Counted from the first letter of the stretch, positions 1 to 10,377 are shown. The stretch: 64,000 nucleotides of DNA from an uncultured Acidobacteriota bacterium (GCA_963700145.1 OY969474.1:5184001-5248000), one strand, 5' to 3'. Notes: a model not told the origin generated them from the sequence alone. Program-made: numbers and translations.

Positions 1-3000
1 GCGCACGCCGACCGGGCGGACGTCGAGGGTCTCGGTCATCGGGCACTCCTGGCGCAGCTCTTGCCGAGTGCGGCGGTAGAGGTCCTCGACGCCGTCGTGA
101 AGGACCAGCGTCGCATCCGCCAGCAAGCGTACGTTGTCGGGGTCGAGGCCCTCGTACCCCTTGAAGCCGGCGCCGAAGCCGAGATTGGAGTAGTAGCGCG
201 CCACGAAGCGCACGAGCCGCGGCCCGACCTCGCCGGCGAAGAAGTGCTGATCGGAGATCGGCTCGCGGACCAGGTCTTCGAAACGGGACCGGCAGTAGGC
301 GAGGATCCGATTGGTGTCGGCCAGGCAGGCCCGTTCTCGCCAGGCGGCGAACCCGCCTGCCCGCTCGATCAGACCCGGGACCTCGCGGATCACGTCGTCG
401 CCGATGCGGCGCTCGAAATAGCCGTGCAGCATCTCGGGGTCGATCAGGCGGTCGGCGGGGGTCCGGCCACGGCCTTCGAAGAGACTGCGCAGGTCCTCGC
501 GGCGCTCGCTGCCGTGCCCCATCGTGGCGCGCACTCCCAGCTCTTCGCTCCTCCGCGCCAGCGTCGCCGCCTGCACGTCAAGGCTGCGCACCAAGCGGTA
601 GGCGAGGTTGGCGTCGGCGAGGGCGCGCTCGAAGACCGTAGCGGCGAAGCCGCGCGTGGCCACGGCGCCGGTCAGCTCCAGACGGCTCTCGAGGAACGAC
701 CGCACCGAAGTGCGCCCCTCCCGCTCCGGATGGCCACCCGCTCCCCAGAAGAAGGCGCGGACCTCCTCCGCCATCCCCTCGATGGCGCCGGCCAGGGCGC
801 GCAAGCGGCGGCGCGCGAACCAGCGCAGCAGGGCCCACGCCGCGCTCCAGAGGACCAGGCCGCCGGAGATGGCTCCGCCTGGACCGAGCAGCCACTCCAG
901 GAGACCGGGCCGCAGGTGGAGGTCGAGCAGGTAGGCGACGCTTTGAGCCAGAGGGGCGCCGAGGACCAGGCTGAGCAGAGCCCAGACGGCGAGCCCCAGG
1001 TGGATGGGGGAGAGGTCCGGCTTGCGCTCCGCCGCCGCCAGCACGAGGCGCCGCGAGCGGCTGAGCGGTCCGAGCGCGGGGATCGTATGGCGCTCGCACA
1101 GCGCTTCCCGGCCGCGGCGCTGCTTCTCCTCGCGCTGGAAGCTCTCCTGCGTGGTCATCCGCAGACGATGGAAGGCGGCCTGTGCCGCCTTCAGACCGCC
1201 GGCGCCGGCGTAGTCCTCGATCAGGTGGTCGCCGTAGGAACGTACCCGCTCGACCGCCTTGCCCACCAGCCGCGACGTCTCCAGGCGCAGCTCGTCCACC
1301 AGCTCGTCGACCCGGCCCAGGCGGCCGGTCAGCTCGCTCCAACACGCCCAGATCTCGCGCCTCAGCTCGTTCTCGAAGCCCTCGTCGAAAGCTTTCAGGA
1401 CTTCGCCCGAAAGGGTGGCGAGGCCGAGCTGGACGCGGCCCTGGACCCGTTGCGCCAAGCCCTTCCCCGCCTGCAGCGTCAGGTCCCCCAGGACCTGCCG
1501 CGCCTGATGGGCCAGCCTCGGCAGAGCCGGGGGCTCCAGCGCCTCCGGCTCCTCGATCCGCGCGTCTTCGCCCTGCTTGAGCTCCGCCAGGCACTCCCGT
1601 GCCAGGCGGTTGGCCAGGTACTCGCGGCTGCGCAGGGCCGGAAAGTCGATCTCGTAGCAGGCGAACGACGAGAAGAGGTCGCCGCCGCCGGCGCTGGCGG
1701 AGGTCTGGCGCAGCCAGTCGTCCTGGGCGAGGTCGTTGCGGATGTGGAACGAGATGAAGTCCCGCGTCTGGCGCAGGGCGTCGGCCAGGCTGAGGGTCGC
1801 CGTGTCGGTGACGCGGCTGTTGACGAAGATCTGGGAGATGCTGCGCCGGCCCGCGGGGAGCACGCACTCCACCCAGCGGCGGATGCCGTGGACGGCGTCG
1901 ATGATCGCGGCCTCCTCGCAGCGGCTGACGTCTAGGTCCTCGCCCTGGAACGGATCGGCCGGATGCGGCATCCAGAGGATGGGGGTGACGCAAAGACAAC
2001 GGTCGAACCCCACGCGGTAGGACTCGAAGATGGGAGTGAAGGCCCGCAACAGCTCGGCGTGCAGCTCGCGCAGCACGTGGCGCATGGCCTCCCGGGTGAA
2101 CGCCTCGCTCATGTCGCCGACGACGAAGACGGTGAGCCGCGGCGGCTGGCGGGTCGGCCGGTTGCGGTAGCGGGTGAGAAAACGGAAGCCGTACAGCTCG
2201 CGGACCTGGCGGTTGAGCGCCGCGCGCAGCGGCGCGAAGAGCTCCTTGGCCCGCCCCTCCATGCCTTCGCCGCGCTCGGCGATGCAGAGGTCGGCGAGCA
2301 GCGGGCTTGGCCGCAGCGCGCCGGACGGCGCCGCCGAGCCGACCGGCCAGCCCTCCTCGGTCGCCTGCGCGGCCGGCGCGAAGCCGAGCACCGCCAGCCG
2401 GCGCTCCAGCCACTGGCGCGGAGACTCCTCTTGCGGATGGTCGACTTCCAGCCCGCGGAGAAACCGGCTGGGCTCGCCGCACAGCTCCGTCTCCGCCGCC
2501 GAGCCGGCGGCGCGGCGGGGCATTTCAGGGAGAGCCTCCTCGCCGTCGGGACGGCGCGCCTCCTTGAGCGGGTGCACGACGATCTCGCCGAGCACCTCGA
2601 GCGACTGCCGCAGGGCCTCGGTCAGCTCATCGCGCCGCCGCGTCTCCTCCAGGAGGTTGTCGTTGGGATCCCCGACCCGCTCGCGTTGCAGGTCCACCCA
2701 CAAGCGGACCAGACCGCCGTGCAGGAACCGCCCGAACTCCCGCAGCCGCTCGGTCAGGAGCTGGACGGTCCGTTCCGGCACACCCTCGCGGTCGTCCCGG
2801 TCGAAGAGCCCCAACTGCAACGGATGCGGCGCGAGAAGAGAGAAGATGCCGTCGCCCGAGCGACCGTGGCCGCTCGCCCAGCCGGTGGCTTCCCACTCAT
2901 GGCCGAGGAGCTCGGCGGGATCGAGAGGCGAGGCCAGGTCGCCGGGCTGGCGCTGGAACGGCCCCGGGCTCCTGATCGCCGGCGGCGCGCCCTCGCCGCC

Positions 3001-3744
3001 CTGCAGCCACTCGTTCCAGCCCTGGAGCGGGAGCTCCATGACCGTTTCCAGGAAACGCGCCGCCCGGCGCATGGCCTTCTTCTCCGCTTCGTCGACGAGC
3101 GCGGGGACGGGCACGTCCTCTCCGCCCGCAGGCTCGCCGCCGGCCGCGCTCATCCAGCCCCAGGGCGACGGGTCCCGCCCGTCGAGCAGGGCGCGGCAGC
3201 GGTCGACGCAGGCCAGCAGGGCGTGCGGGCTGTGCCCCTGCCGCACCCGGTTGAGCAGCGGCGTGATGAAGAGGTCGACCTCCTGCAGGCGCTGCGCGAG
3301 GTGGTGGAGCCGCTCCGCCGCCACGATGGGATCCGGATCGAGCCGGAGCCATTCGAAATAGCGCAGCCGCCGCGACTGCGTTTCGTGCCCCTCCTCGTCG
3401 ATCTCCACCTCGACGACGCCCGCGTCGCGCGGCAGCGCGACCTGGTAGCACCCGTCGCGGTAGCGCACGAGACCGAGCGAGCGCACGACGGCGAGGTTGA
3501 GAGCCAAGGACGGCAGGTCGCTGTCCCCGAGGTGACCGGCGATGCGCACCGTCTCCCGTTCGAACGGGCGCCAGCCGTTGGCGCCGGGTGCCGAGCGCAC
3601 CGCCAGCAGCCGCAGGTTGCCGAGCGAGACGTCCGCCCCGGAGAGGCGGAGCCCGGACCAGTCGTCGCCGAGACGCTCCAGCGTGGCGAGACCGAAGCGG
3701 CCCACGCCGACGACGATCACCGGCGCCGGGAAGACCTCGGGCAA
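1..3744 (-). CDS. Large (>1248 aa, runs off window) degenerate tubulin/FtsZ-like protein with two predicted TM helices
   Basis: TTG at 3744-3742, 2 nt after the stop of the upstream tubulin gene. The frame appears open to base 1: no terminated ORF is listed in this frame and the segments I translated had no stop. N-terminus MPEVFPAPVIVVGVGRFGLATLE resembles the tubulin-like VGLGGxG strand. Hydrophobic hairpin LGLAVWALLSLVLG...GGLVLWSAAWALL at about 820-1010. Confidence 0.75.
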   Translation of the reverse strand, partial: MPEVFPAPVIVVGVGRFGLATLERLGDDWSGLRLSGADVSLGNLRLLAVRSAPGANGWRPFERETVRIAGHLGDSDLPSLALNLAVVRSLGLVRYRDGCYQVALPRDAGVVEVEIDEEGHETQSRRLRYFEWLRLDPDPIVAAERLHHLAQRLQEVDLFITPLLNRVRQGHSPHALLACVDRCRALLDGRDPSPWGWMSAAGGEPAGGEDVPVPALVDEAEKKAMRRAARFLETVMELPLQGWNEWLQGGEGAPPAIRSPGPFQRQPGDLASPLDPAELLGHEWEATGWASGHGRSGDGIFSLLAPHPLQLGLFDRDDREGVPERTVQLLTERLREFGRFLHGGLVRLWVDLQRERVGDPNDNLLEETRRRDELTEALRQSLEVLGEIVVHPLKEARRPDGEEALPEMPRRAAGSAAETELCGEPSRFLRGLEVDHPQEESPRQWLERRLAVLGFAPAAQATEEGWPVGSAAPSGALRPSPLLADLCIAERGEGMEGRAKELFAPLRAALNRQVRELYGFRFLTRYRNRPTRQPPRLTVFVVGDMSEAFTREAMRHVLRELHAELLRAFTPIFESYRVGFDRCLCVTPILWMPHPADPFQGEDLDVSRCEEAAIIDAVHGIRRWVECVLPAGRRSISQIFVNSRVTDTATLSLADALRQTRDFISFHIRNDLAQDDWLRQTSASAGGGDLFSSFACYEIDFPALRSREYLANRLARECLAELKQGEDARIEEPEALEPPALPRLAHQARQVLGDLTLQAGKGLAQRVQGRVQLGLATLSGEVLKAFDEGFENELRREIWACWSELTGRLGRVDELVDELRLETSRLVGKAVERVRSYGDHLIEDYAGAGGLKAAQAAFHRLRMTTQESFQREEKQRRGREALCERHTIPALGPLSRSRRLVLAAAERKPDLSPIHLGLAVWALLSLVLGAPLAQSVAYLLDLHLRPGLLEWLLGPGGAISGGLVLWSAAWALLRWFARRRLRALAGAIEGMAEEVRAFFWGAGGHPEREGRTSVRSFLESRLELTGAVATRGFAATVFERALADANLAYRLVRSLDVQAATLARRSEELGVRATMGHGSERREDLRSLFEGRGRTPADRLIDPEMLHGYFERRIGDDVIREVPGLIERAGGFAAWRERACLADTNRILAYCRSRFEDLVREPISDQHFFAGEVGPRLVRFVARYYSNLGFGAGFKGYEGLDPDNVRLLADATLVLHDGVEDLYRRTRQELRQECPMTETLDVRPVGVR

Positions 3745-3746
3745 TC

Positions 3747-6700
3747 TCAGCCCCTCGCCGGGACGTCGGCGGCGGAGGCTCCGTCCCCGGGAGGCGGGGC
3801 CGGCACGGCCGCGGTCTCAGCCGCTTCCGCCCCCCCGTCGCCGGTCCAGAAGCGCCGCGGCACCGCGGTCCGCGCCGGCCCGCTGCGCAGCTTCTCCAGC
3901 AACTCGTTGAGCCGGTCGTCCGCCAGCGGGCGGAACAGCTGCTGGAAGCTCTTCGCCACGCTCCCCGGCTGATCGGGGTTCTCCAGCGCCGCCCACACCT
4001 CGCAGAAGGTCTCGAGGATCTTGAGGCTCTGAACGAGACTGGCCTCGGCGTCCGCGGGCGTCAGGTTGGCCGCGTTGGCGCCGAGGTCGTCGCCCAACGT
4101 CCGCTGCTCTACGGTGACGTTGCTCAGCCGATCGTGGAGCTTCTCCAGCGCCTCCTCCAGGCGCTTGTAGGCGTCGGCGTAGTCCTTGAGCTTCTCCTGC
4201 TGCACCGGCGTACGGTTGGGGCCGTACTTGTTGCGCAGCTCGTCGTGGTTGCTCCGCCAGCGGAAGGGCAGCTGGACGACCTCGGCGAGCACCTCCGGCG
4301 CCAGCCCCTCGCGCACCGCCCGCAGCATCTGCTGATACGGGAGATAGGTGACCTTCTCCGACTCCAGCACCTCCGGCAGGCGCTGGATCGAGTCGGCCAG
4401 GGTCTCCCCGAGACGGGTGAGGCCGTCGTCGCCCAGCTCGCCGTCGTCGCTCACGCCGTCCCAGTCCGGATCGGTGAGGCAATACTTGCCGCCGCGCCGG
4501 ACGATGAACTTCGGCCCGCCGTCGGGGCGCGGGGTGGTCAAGAGGGCCGCGAAGTTGACAACGTGGTTGCGCAGCAGCTCCTGGCGGTGGTTCTCCTGCG
4601 CGCTGTCGGGGTCGAGGTCGGGGAGCACGTCCTCCCAGTTGTGGTCGATGTGCAGCACCTTCGGCCGCTTGGCGAGCGCCTTGAAGCGCTCGTACTCGGA
4701 CTTCATCTCTTTCATCCGGCCAAAGACGTACAGCGGGACGTTGAGGACGGCGCGGTAGAAGATGATCTCCTTGGGGTTGGTCCATCCGGTGGTCACCCAG
4801 GTGAGATTGGGATCGGCGCTGCGGATCGCCTCCTCGATGGCGCTGCTCTTGAAGTTCTCGTCGATGGCGGCGACGAAGACGTTGTCCGGCCGCACGCCGC
4901 CGTGCTGGTCGCGCCCCTCCTCGTAGACGCAGAGCAGCGACGCCTTCTCCTTGACCAGGCGCTTGATCTTGTCCCGCAGGTAGTCGCTGTGCTTCTCGTC
5001 CTTGAGGTCGACCTCGACGGGCTGATAGCGGTAGGTGGAGAGGAGCTCGCGGATCGCCTTGTCGCCGCCGGCCCGCACCAGCGGGGTGTTGCTGCGGTAG
5101 AGCGCGCGGTAGACGACCTCGAGCTCCAGCGCGTCGGAGAGGGTCAGCCCGTCGCGCCGCGCGCGGTCCGGGGAGTGGGGATCGCCGCCGATCCAGGCGG
5201 CGAGGTGCTTTTCGACGTGGTCGCGCAGCGCGGTGAAGAGCTTGTCGAGGTCGGCGCTGGTGGCGCCGCCGCGGCGCACGCTCATCGCCGTCACCGTGTC
5301 GCTGAGCAGCACCTGGATCTCGCGGTTGCTGAGAGAGAGGTCCGGCGAGTCGGCGATCTTGTCCTCGAAGTAGAAGTCCCACATCCGCCGGCCGTCCTCG
5401 ATCTGCAGGGCCTCGGCGTCGAGCACGTACTGGTTGGCCGACGAGCCCTTGCCGCCGTCTTCGCGCAGCTTGCGCAGCCGGTTGAGCTGCTCGGTCTCGA
5501 GCTGGTCGAAGCCCTTTTCCAGCTCGCGTTGGGTGGTGGCGAACTTGTTGAGGTTGTCGCGGAGGTCCCCCAGGCTCTCGATGAAGAGCTGGGTCACGAT
5601 CTCCATCGCCCGGTCGATGGCCTGGGCCTGCAGCGACTCGAGGAGCGCCGGGATGTCGTTGGCCCTGAGCTTGTCCGTGTCCTTCACCTCGCCGAGGTCG
5701 AAGTCCGAGGTGCGCTCGGGAGGCTTGACCTCCCATCGCACCCGCTCGAGGATGGACAGCACGGCATAGCGCTTGGCCGCCAGGTCCACCTCGCCCGCCT
5801 CGTCGTTGAGGAACGCCAGCTCGACCAGGGAGTCCATCCCCGGGTAGCGGGAAGCTCCCAGCTTGTAGCCGCCCTTGAGGATCCGTATGCCGATGGCCTT
5901 GAACTCGTCGAGCCAGACCGCGGCGCGGGTCCGCGCGTCGTAGCCGCGGTTGATGCCGGCGGCGGTCGGAGGGTCCTCCTCGGCGCGAACCTCGATGGCC
6001 TTGCGCGCTTGCTGCAGCAGGCCGGCCGGCTCCTGCTGGTTGTCGCTCGAGATCGCCGGCAGGACGATGGCGCCGATCGAGTAGCTCATGCCCTCCCTCG
6101 CCACCTGTTCCTGGTCCTCCTTGACCCGATCCGGCCTGAAGTCCCTGCCGGTGCCGTCCGGCAGCGGCACCTCGCCCGCGCGGTGGCCGTGGCGGAACAG
6201 GCTGACGAAGCGCTTGATCTCGCTGGTCTGCAGCTCGCACGCGGCCAACAGGCGGACCCGCTTCATGTACAGGCGGTCGATGAGCCTTTCGCGCTGGTCC
6301 TTCTCCTTCTTGTGGAAGTCCGCCACGTGCACCGGTTTCTCGTTCCTCTCGTCGCCGAGGGCCACCTCGAAGAACGGCTCGGGCACGCTGCGCAGCGTCG
6401 TGTAGGAGGCGTCGCCGGGGATCGACCGCAGGAAGCTCGCCCGCATCAGCGACAGGGCCGCGGCTTGCGAGCAGTACTCGACGAGACCGTCGACCGGCAC
6501 CAGCAGCACGGCCGCGCCGTAGGAGCCGTAGAAGGTGGTGAAGCCGATGATCCCCTTGCCCTCGAAGTCGTGCGGCACGAGGAAGCGCTGGTGTTGGGTG
6601 AAGTTGTCGTAGTCGGAGGCCTGGTACCCGTAGAGCGGCGAGAAGAACTGGAGGTAGAGGCCGTCCGCCGCGGCGTCGACCGGGTCGGGGACCGTGAACG

Positions 6701-7556
6701 ATTGCGGCTTGTCCACGATGTAGACGAACTCGAACGGAGGCTGGCGCACGGTCCGCTTGGAGACGTCCGAGGGGTCGTAGTGGAAGGGGATGCCTTCTTC
6801 GGGGTAGAAGCGCGACTCGGGCGCGCCCAGCTTCATCAGGTACTCGGTCTCCTTGAGCGCCGCGTAGGCGTTGGCGAAGGTGCCGTCGCGGTTGATGCCG
6901 GTCTTGTCCTCGAAGACCGCGGGCTGCACGGCGACGCCGATCAAGCGCGGCTTGCCCAGCTCGCTCGCCAGGTCGCGCAGCATGTAGGCGATGGGGAGGT
7001 GGCAGCCCGAGCCCGTGCCGCCGGCCACCGAGTAGCAGATGACGATCCGGATCTCCTGGCTGTCGAGCCGCCGGTGCCCGTGCTCGTGGGACTTGAGGTC
7101 CTCCAGCAGCTTGCGGAACTTGGGCAGGAAGTCCTTGTGCTTGACCTGATAGAAGACGCCGAGCCGCGATTCGATGCGGATCTGACCGGCGCCGGCCGTG
7201 TCGCCGGCGCGGAAGCGGTAGTTCTGCGGCACCCACTGCGTGAAGTAGGGATCGGCCTCCAGAAAGAGCTTGCCGGAGGCGAGGTCGGCGTACTCCTCCT
7301 TCTCGAAGTCGCTGATGAGGAACGTTCTGTCCGCCATCTCGCGGAAGCCTTCGAGCTCGTTGACGTTGGTGTCGACCATGGCGAACTTGACCAGTGCCTT
7401 GTAGCGCTCTTCGTAGTCGGGCCGCCGCTGCAGGTGCCGGGCGACGCGGTTGACCAGGCGGCAGCCGCAGCCGCCCAGGCCGACGAAGAGCGTCGGGCAG
7501 ACCGCGCTCGGCTTGGTCAACATCTCTTCGATCACCACCTTCTGATGTCTCGGCAT
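3747..7556 (-). CDS. Tubulin-like (Tubulin_2/FtsZ-like) GTPase domain protein with long helical C-terminus, 1269 aa
   Basis: PTLFVGLGGCG, GAGQIRIESR, signature SVAGGTGSG, ANAYAALKE; RBS GGAG upstream. Confidence 0.9.
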   Translation of the reverse strand: MPRHQKVVIEEMLTKPSAVCPTLFVGLGGCGCRLVNRVARHLQRRPDYEERYKALVKFAMVDTNVNELEGFREMADRTFLISDFEKEEYADLASGKLFLEADPYFTQWVPQNYRFRAGDTAGAGQIRIESRLGVFYQVKHKDFLPKFRKLLEDLKSHEHGHRRLDSQEIRIVICYSVAGGTGSGCHLPIAYMLRDLASELGKPRLIGVAVQPAVFEDKTGINRDGTFANAYAALKETEYLMKLGAPESRFYPEEGIPFHYDPSDVSKRTVRQPPFEFVYIVDKPQSFTVPDPVDAAADGLYLQFFSPLYGYQASDYDNFTQHQRFLVPHDFEGKGIIGFTTFYGSYGAAVLLVPVDGLVEYCSQAAALSLMRASFLRSIPGDASYTTLRSVPEPFFEVALGDERNEKPVHVADFHKKEKDQRERLIDRLYMKRVRLLAACELQTSEIKRFVSLFRHGHRAGEVPLPDGTGRDFRPDRVKEDQEQVAREGMSYSIGAIVLPAISSDNQQEPAGLLQQARKAIEVRAEEDPPTAAGINRGYDARTRAAVWLDEFKAIGIRILKGGYKLGASRYPGMDSLVELAFLNDEAGEVDLAAKRYAVLSILERVRWEVKPPERTSDFDLGEVKDTDKLRANDIPALLESLQAQAIDRAMEIVTQLFIESLGDLRDNLNKFATTQRELEKGFDQLETEQLNRLRKLREDGGKGSSANQYVLDAEALQIEDGRRMWDFYFEDKIADSPDLSLSNREIQVLLSDTVTAMSVRRGGATSADLDKLFTALRDHVEKHLAAWIGGDPHSPDRARRDGLTLSDALELEVVYRALYRSNTPLVRAGGDKAIRELLSTYRYQPVEVDLKDEKHSDYLRDKIKRLVKEKASLLCVYEEGRDQHGGVRPDNVFVAAIDENFKSSAIEEAIRSADPNLTWVTTGWTNPKEIIFYRAVLNVPLYVFGRMKEMKSEYERFKALAKRPKVLHIDHNWEDVLPDLDPDSAQENHRQELLRNHVVNFAALLTTPRPDGGPKFIVRRGGKYCLTDPDWDGVSDDGELGDDGLTRLGETLADSIQRLPEVLESEKVTYLPYQQMLRAVREGLAPEVLAEVVQLPFRWRSNHDELRNKYGPNRTPVQQEKLKDYADAYKRLEEALEKLHDRLSNVTVEQRTLGDDLGANAANLTPADAEASLVQSLKILETFCEVWAALENPDQPGSVAKSFQQLFRPLADDRLNELLEKLRSGPARTAVPRRFWTGDGGAEAAETAAVPAPPPGDGASAADVPARG

Positions 7557-7608
7557 TCCCTTCTCCTCCCGGCGGATTCCGTCGAGTTAGACGATCGATT
7601 GCCGGCGA

Positions 7609-10377
7609 CTAGCCGACCTGCCAGCCCGCGGCCTTGCCTTCTTCATGGGTCTCCCACTCTTCGAGGGGACGGAGCAGCTTCGCCTTGTGCAGCTTGACCG
7701 CGCGCAGCTTGGGCCCGCCGTCGCCGTCGGAGATGGCCTGGGCCTCCTGCCAGACCAGGCTGCCGAGGCGGCCCTGCCCGTCCGGCACCGCCAGGAACAG
7801 AGCCTTGCCAGCGGCGATGCCGAAGAGCCGGCCGCGGAACCTTTCGGGCTCGCTCTCCGCCTTGGCTTTGACGTCGCCGTCGGCGAGCAGGACGATCTGC
7901 GAGCGCGCGACGTCGCGGCTCGCCTGGAGCAGGAGCTGCACGGTCTCCTGGTACCGCCCTCCCGGCAGACCGAAGCGCAAGGGGTTGGAGCGGAGCCAGG
8001 CGCCGGCTCGGCGAGGCAGCCGCAGCGCCTGGCGCACCAGGCGCGTCACCTCGCTCTTCGACTTGTCGAGCTCGGCCGCGTCGCCCCACTCGGTCCAGAC
8101 CAGCGGCCTGAGCTTCGCCGCCAGGGCGTCGGCCTTGAGGAAGCTGCTGTTGCGGAACATGTTGACGCCATAGAGGATGAGCAGGAGCAGCAGCAGGACC
8201 GCCAGCGCCGCGAGGACGCGCGGTCCGTAGCAGGCCCAGAAGCCGGCCGGCTCGACCTCGACGCGCACCGGCACGACGATCGGCTCCGGCGCCCGCGCGC
8301 CCGGCGGCAGGGTCTGGCCGCCCGCCGGCGCGAGCCCGAGGCGAGTGGCGAAGGAGCCTGTCGCGCAACAGCGGTCCGGGAGCGCGCGCAGCCGCAGCGG
8401 CGCCGCGCCCGGGCCGGCCGCGAAGTCGCGGCGGAGGAGCGGCGTGCCCTGGTCGTCGCGCAGCAGCTCGGCGCGGCCTTCGCCGGCGAACCCGAGGACC
8501 AGGTCATCCGGGTCCTCGGGCCACGCTTCCGACTCCTGCGGGGTCTCCACGACACCGCGGAGCGCCACGGTGTTCTGAAAGTTGCCGCGCACCGTCACCG
8601 GCAGGTCCCGCATCCGGCCGCCGCGGACCTTGAGCGACAGCTCTTTGGGGACCGCGATCCGGTAGTCCAGCGCGAAGCTCAAAGGCAGCTCGATGTTGGG
8701 AAGCCGGCGGCCGCCCTCGGCGGTGAGAACGAGGCGGAGGACCGTGTTCACCGAGCGGGCGATCGGCTGCGGGCCGCAGTACGGGGAGACGCGGAGCACG
8801 AGGTTGTAGGTCTGACCCGGCGTAATCGACTGGGGCTTGCCCTCCGGGACGCCGCTCAGCTCCACGGTCACGCACGCCGGCAGGTCGGCGCGCTCGCCGA
8901 GCTCGAGGTGGCCGGAGGCGCGCGGGAAGTTCCCGGCGAGGAGGAACGGGCTCTGCGCCAGGTCCCCGGGACGCAAGTGACCGAAGGCGAGGCGATCGGG
9001 TTGGGGCCGGATTTCTACCGAGGAGACTTCGAGCGAGACCGGGGTGCCGCGCAGCTTGATGGTCTCGCCGGAGGAAAAGCGAAGAGAGACTTCCGGCTGG
9101 AACTCGTAGAGGCCTTTTTCGAGATGGCTGCGCGGCAGCCCGAACCGCGCCTGGCCGGGCGCGAGCTGGTTCACGCCGGCGTCAACCGGCGGCTCGCTCG
9201 GCCGGTCGGCGCGGCGGACCTGCACCCGGGCGGTCAGCTCGCCGCCGGTCACGTCGCCTCCCACCACTTGGTCATCGGCGTTGACCAGCTCGACGATCAC
9301 GCACACCGACGCCCCCACATCGACACTCTCGACCTCGGCTGCCGGAGCCCGGCAGGTTCCCAGGCGGACCGCCCGCCGCACCGTGAGGCGGTACTCCGGC
9401 AGAGCGACCACCTTCCAGCGCTCGCCCCCGCCCGCCACCGTCACCTCCACCGGCTCGGCATCCGGCCGGTAGTCGAGAGCGGCGAAACGGAAAACCCTCC
9501 CCCCGGCGCCGTACTGATGAGTGCCGGCCCGCGCGCTGCCCAGCGTCCGCGGCGCCCTGCCGCGCCGGCTGCGGATGACGAAGGAGAGATTGGGTCCGGC
9601 GTCTGGGGCGATGGCGAGGAGGCGCACGCGCTCGGCACCGCGGTGAGCCGCCAGATGAGTCTGGCGTGGCGAAAGGAGGTACGCCTCATATCCTTGCGAG
9701 CGAGACACGGCTGCGGCGAAGGTGTGGAGGATCGAGGTCGGATCTCCGGGGTTGGCTTCGATCGCCTGCCCCCCGGTGCGCTCCGCCAGACGTACGAGAG
9801 CCGTCGAATACTGCTCGCCACGGAAGCGCAGCAGGTAGAACTGGAACAGCCCGTCGCCGTGGGAGCGCAGCCCGCTCAGGAAGTCCTCGACCGATGGCTC
9901 CTCCTCCGTTGCCGGCTCGCACTGGCCATCGGTCAGGAACAGGACGACCTGCGCCACGTCTGTCTGGTAGGCCGCGTCCAGCAATTGGCGCGTCGCCGCG
10001 AGCGCCGAGCGGCACGGCGTGTGCCTGGCGGTGTAGGCAGCGAGACCCTTCAGGATCCCGTCGATTCGCGCGCGGTTTTGACGCAACGGCTCGATCGGCG
10101 GCGGCGGCGCTCCCTCGCGGGGACCGTTGAGACGCACGACTGACACCTCGTCGCGGTCGTCCAACATGCTGACCAGGGAGCGCGCCGCGAAGACGCCGAG
10201 CCGGTCGCGATCCGTCCCCTGCATGCTCCCGGAGTCGTCGAGCACCAACACGAACTGCGCCGAGCGCCCTCCGGAGGACCGGGCCGTTGGCTGCGCGGCG
10301 GCGGGAGGCGACGAGAGGACGGTGAAGAGACACGCCAGAGAGATGACCGCCGGAGAGATCAGTCGCTGCGAGCGCAC
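7609..10377 (-). CDS. Secreted/membrane-anchored von Willebrand factor A domain protein, 922 aa
   Basis: Signal peptide, MIDAS VLDDSGSM...FLTDG, beta-rich middle, TM VLAALAVLLLLLLILYGV, cytoplasmic tail. Confidence 0.85.
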   Translation of the reverse strand: MRSQRLISPAVISLACLFTVLSSPPAAAQPTARSSGGRSAQFVLVLDDSGSMQGTDRDRLGVFAARSLVSMLDDRDEVSVVRLNGPREGAPPPPIEPLRQNRARIDGILKGLAAYTARHTPCRSALAATRQLLDAAYQTDVAQVVLFLTDGQCEPATEEEPSVEDFLSGLRSHGDGLFQFYLLRFRGEQYSTALVRLAERTGGQAIEANPGDPTSILHTFAAAVSRSQGYEAYLLSPRQTHLAAHRGAERVRLLAIAPDAGPNLSFVIRSRRGRAPRTLGSARAGTHQYGAGGRVFRFAALDYRPDAEPVEVTVAGGGERWKVVALPEYRLTVRRAVRLGTCRAPAAEVESVDVGASVCVIVELVNADDQVVGGDVTGGELTARVQVRRADRPSEPPVDAGVNQLAPGQARFGLPRSHLEKGLYEFQPEVSLRFSSGETIKLRGTPVSLEVSSVEIRPQPDRLAFGHLRPGDLAQSPFLLAGNFPRASGHLELGERADLPACVTVELSGVPEGKPQSITPGQTYNLVLRVSPYCGPQPIARSVNTVLRLVLTAEGGRRLPNIELPLSFALDYRIAVPKELSLKVRGGRMRDLPVTVRGNFQNTVALRGVVETPQESEAWPEDPDDLVLGFAGEGRAELLRDDQGTPLLRRDFAAGPGAAPLRLRALPDRCCATGSFATRLGLAPAGGQTLPPGARAPEPIVVPVRVEVEPAGFWACYGPRVLAALAVLLLLLLILYGVNMFRNSSFLKADALAAKLRPLVWTEWGDAAELDKSKSEVTRLVRQALRLPRRAGAWLRSNPLRFGLPGGRYQETVQLLLQASRDVARSQIVLLADGDVKAKAESEPERFRGRLFGIAAGKALFLAVPDGQGRLGSLVWQEAQAISDGDGGPKLRAVKLHKAKLLRPLEEWETHEEGKAAGWQVG

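Noticed and set aside
3747-7556. Calling the tubulin-like gene ftsZ
   Set aside because: Far too long, lacks dcw context and has Tubulin_2-type motifs.
61-10143. Long plus-strand ORFs 61-1935, 1963-3972, 3588-7697, 7645-10143
   Set aside because: In-register antisense shadows of real minus-strand genes in high-GC DNA; no motifs.
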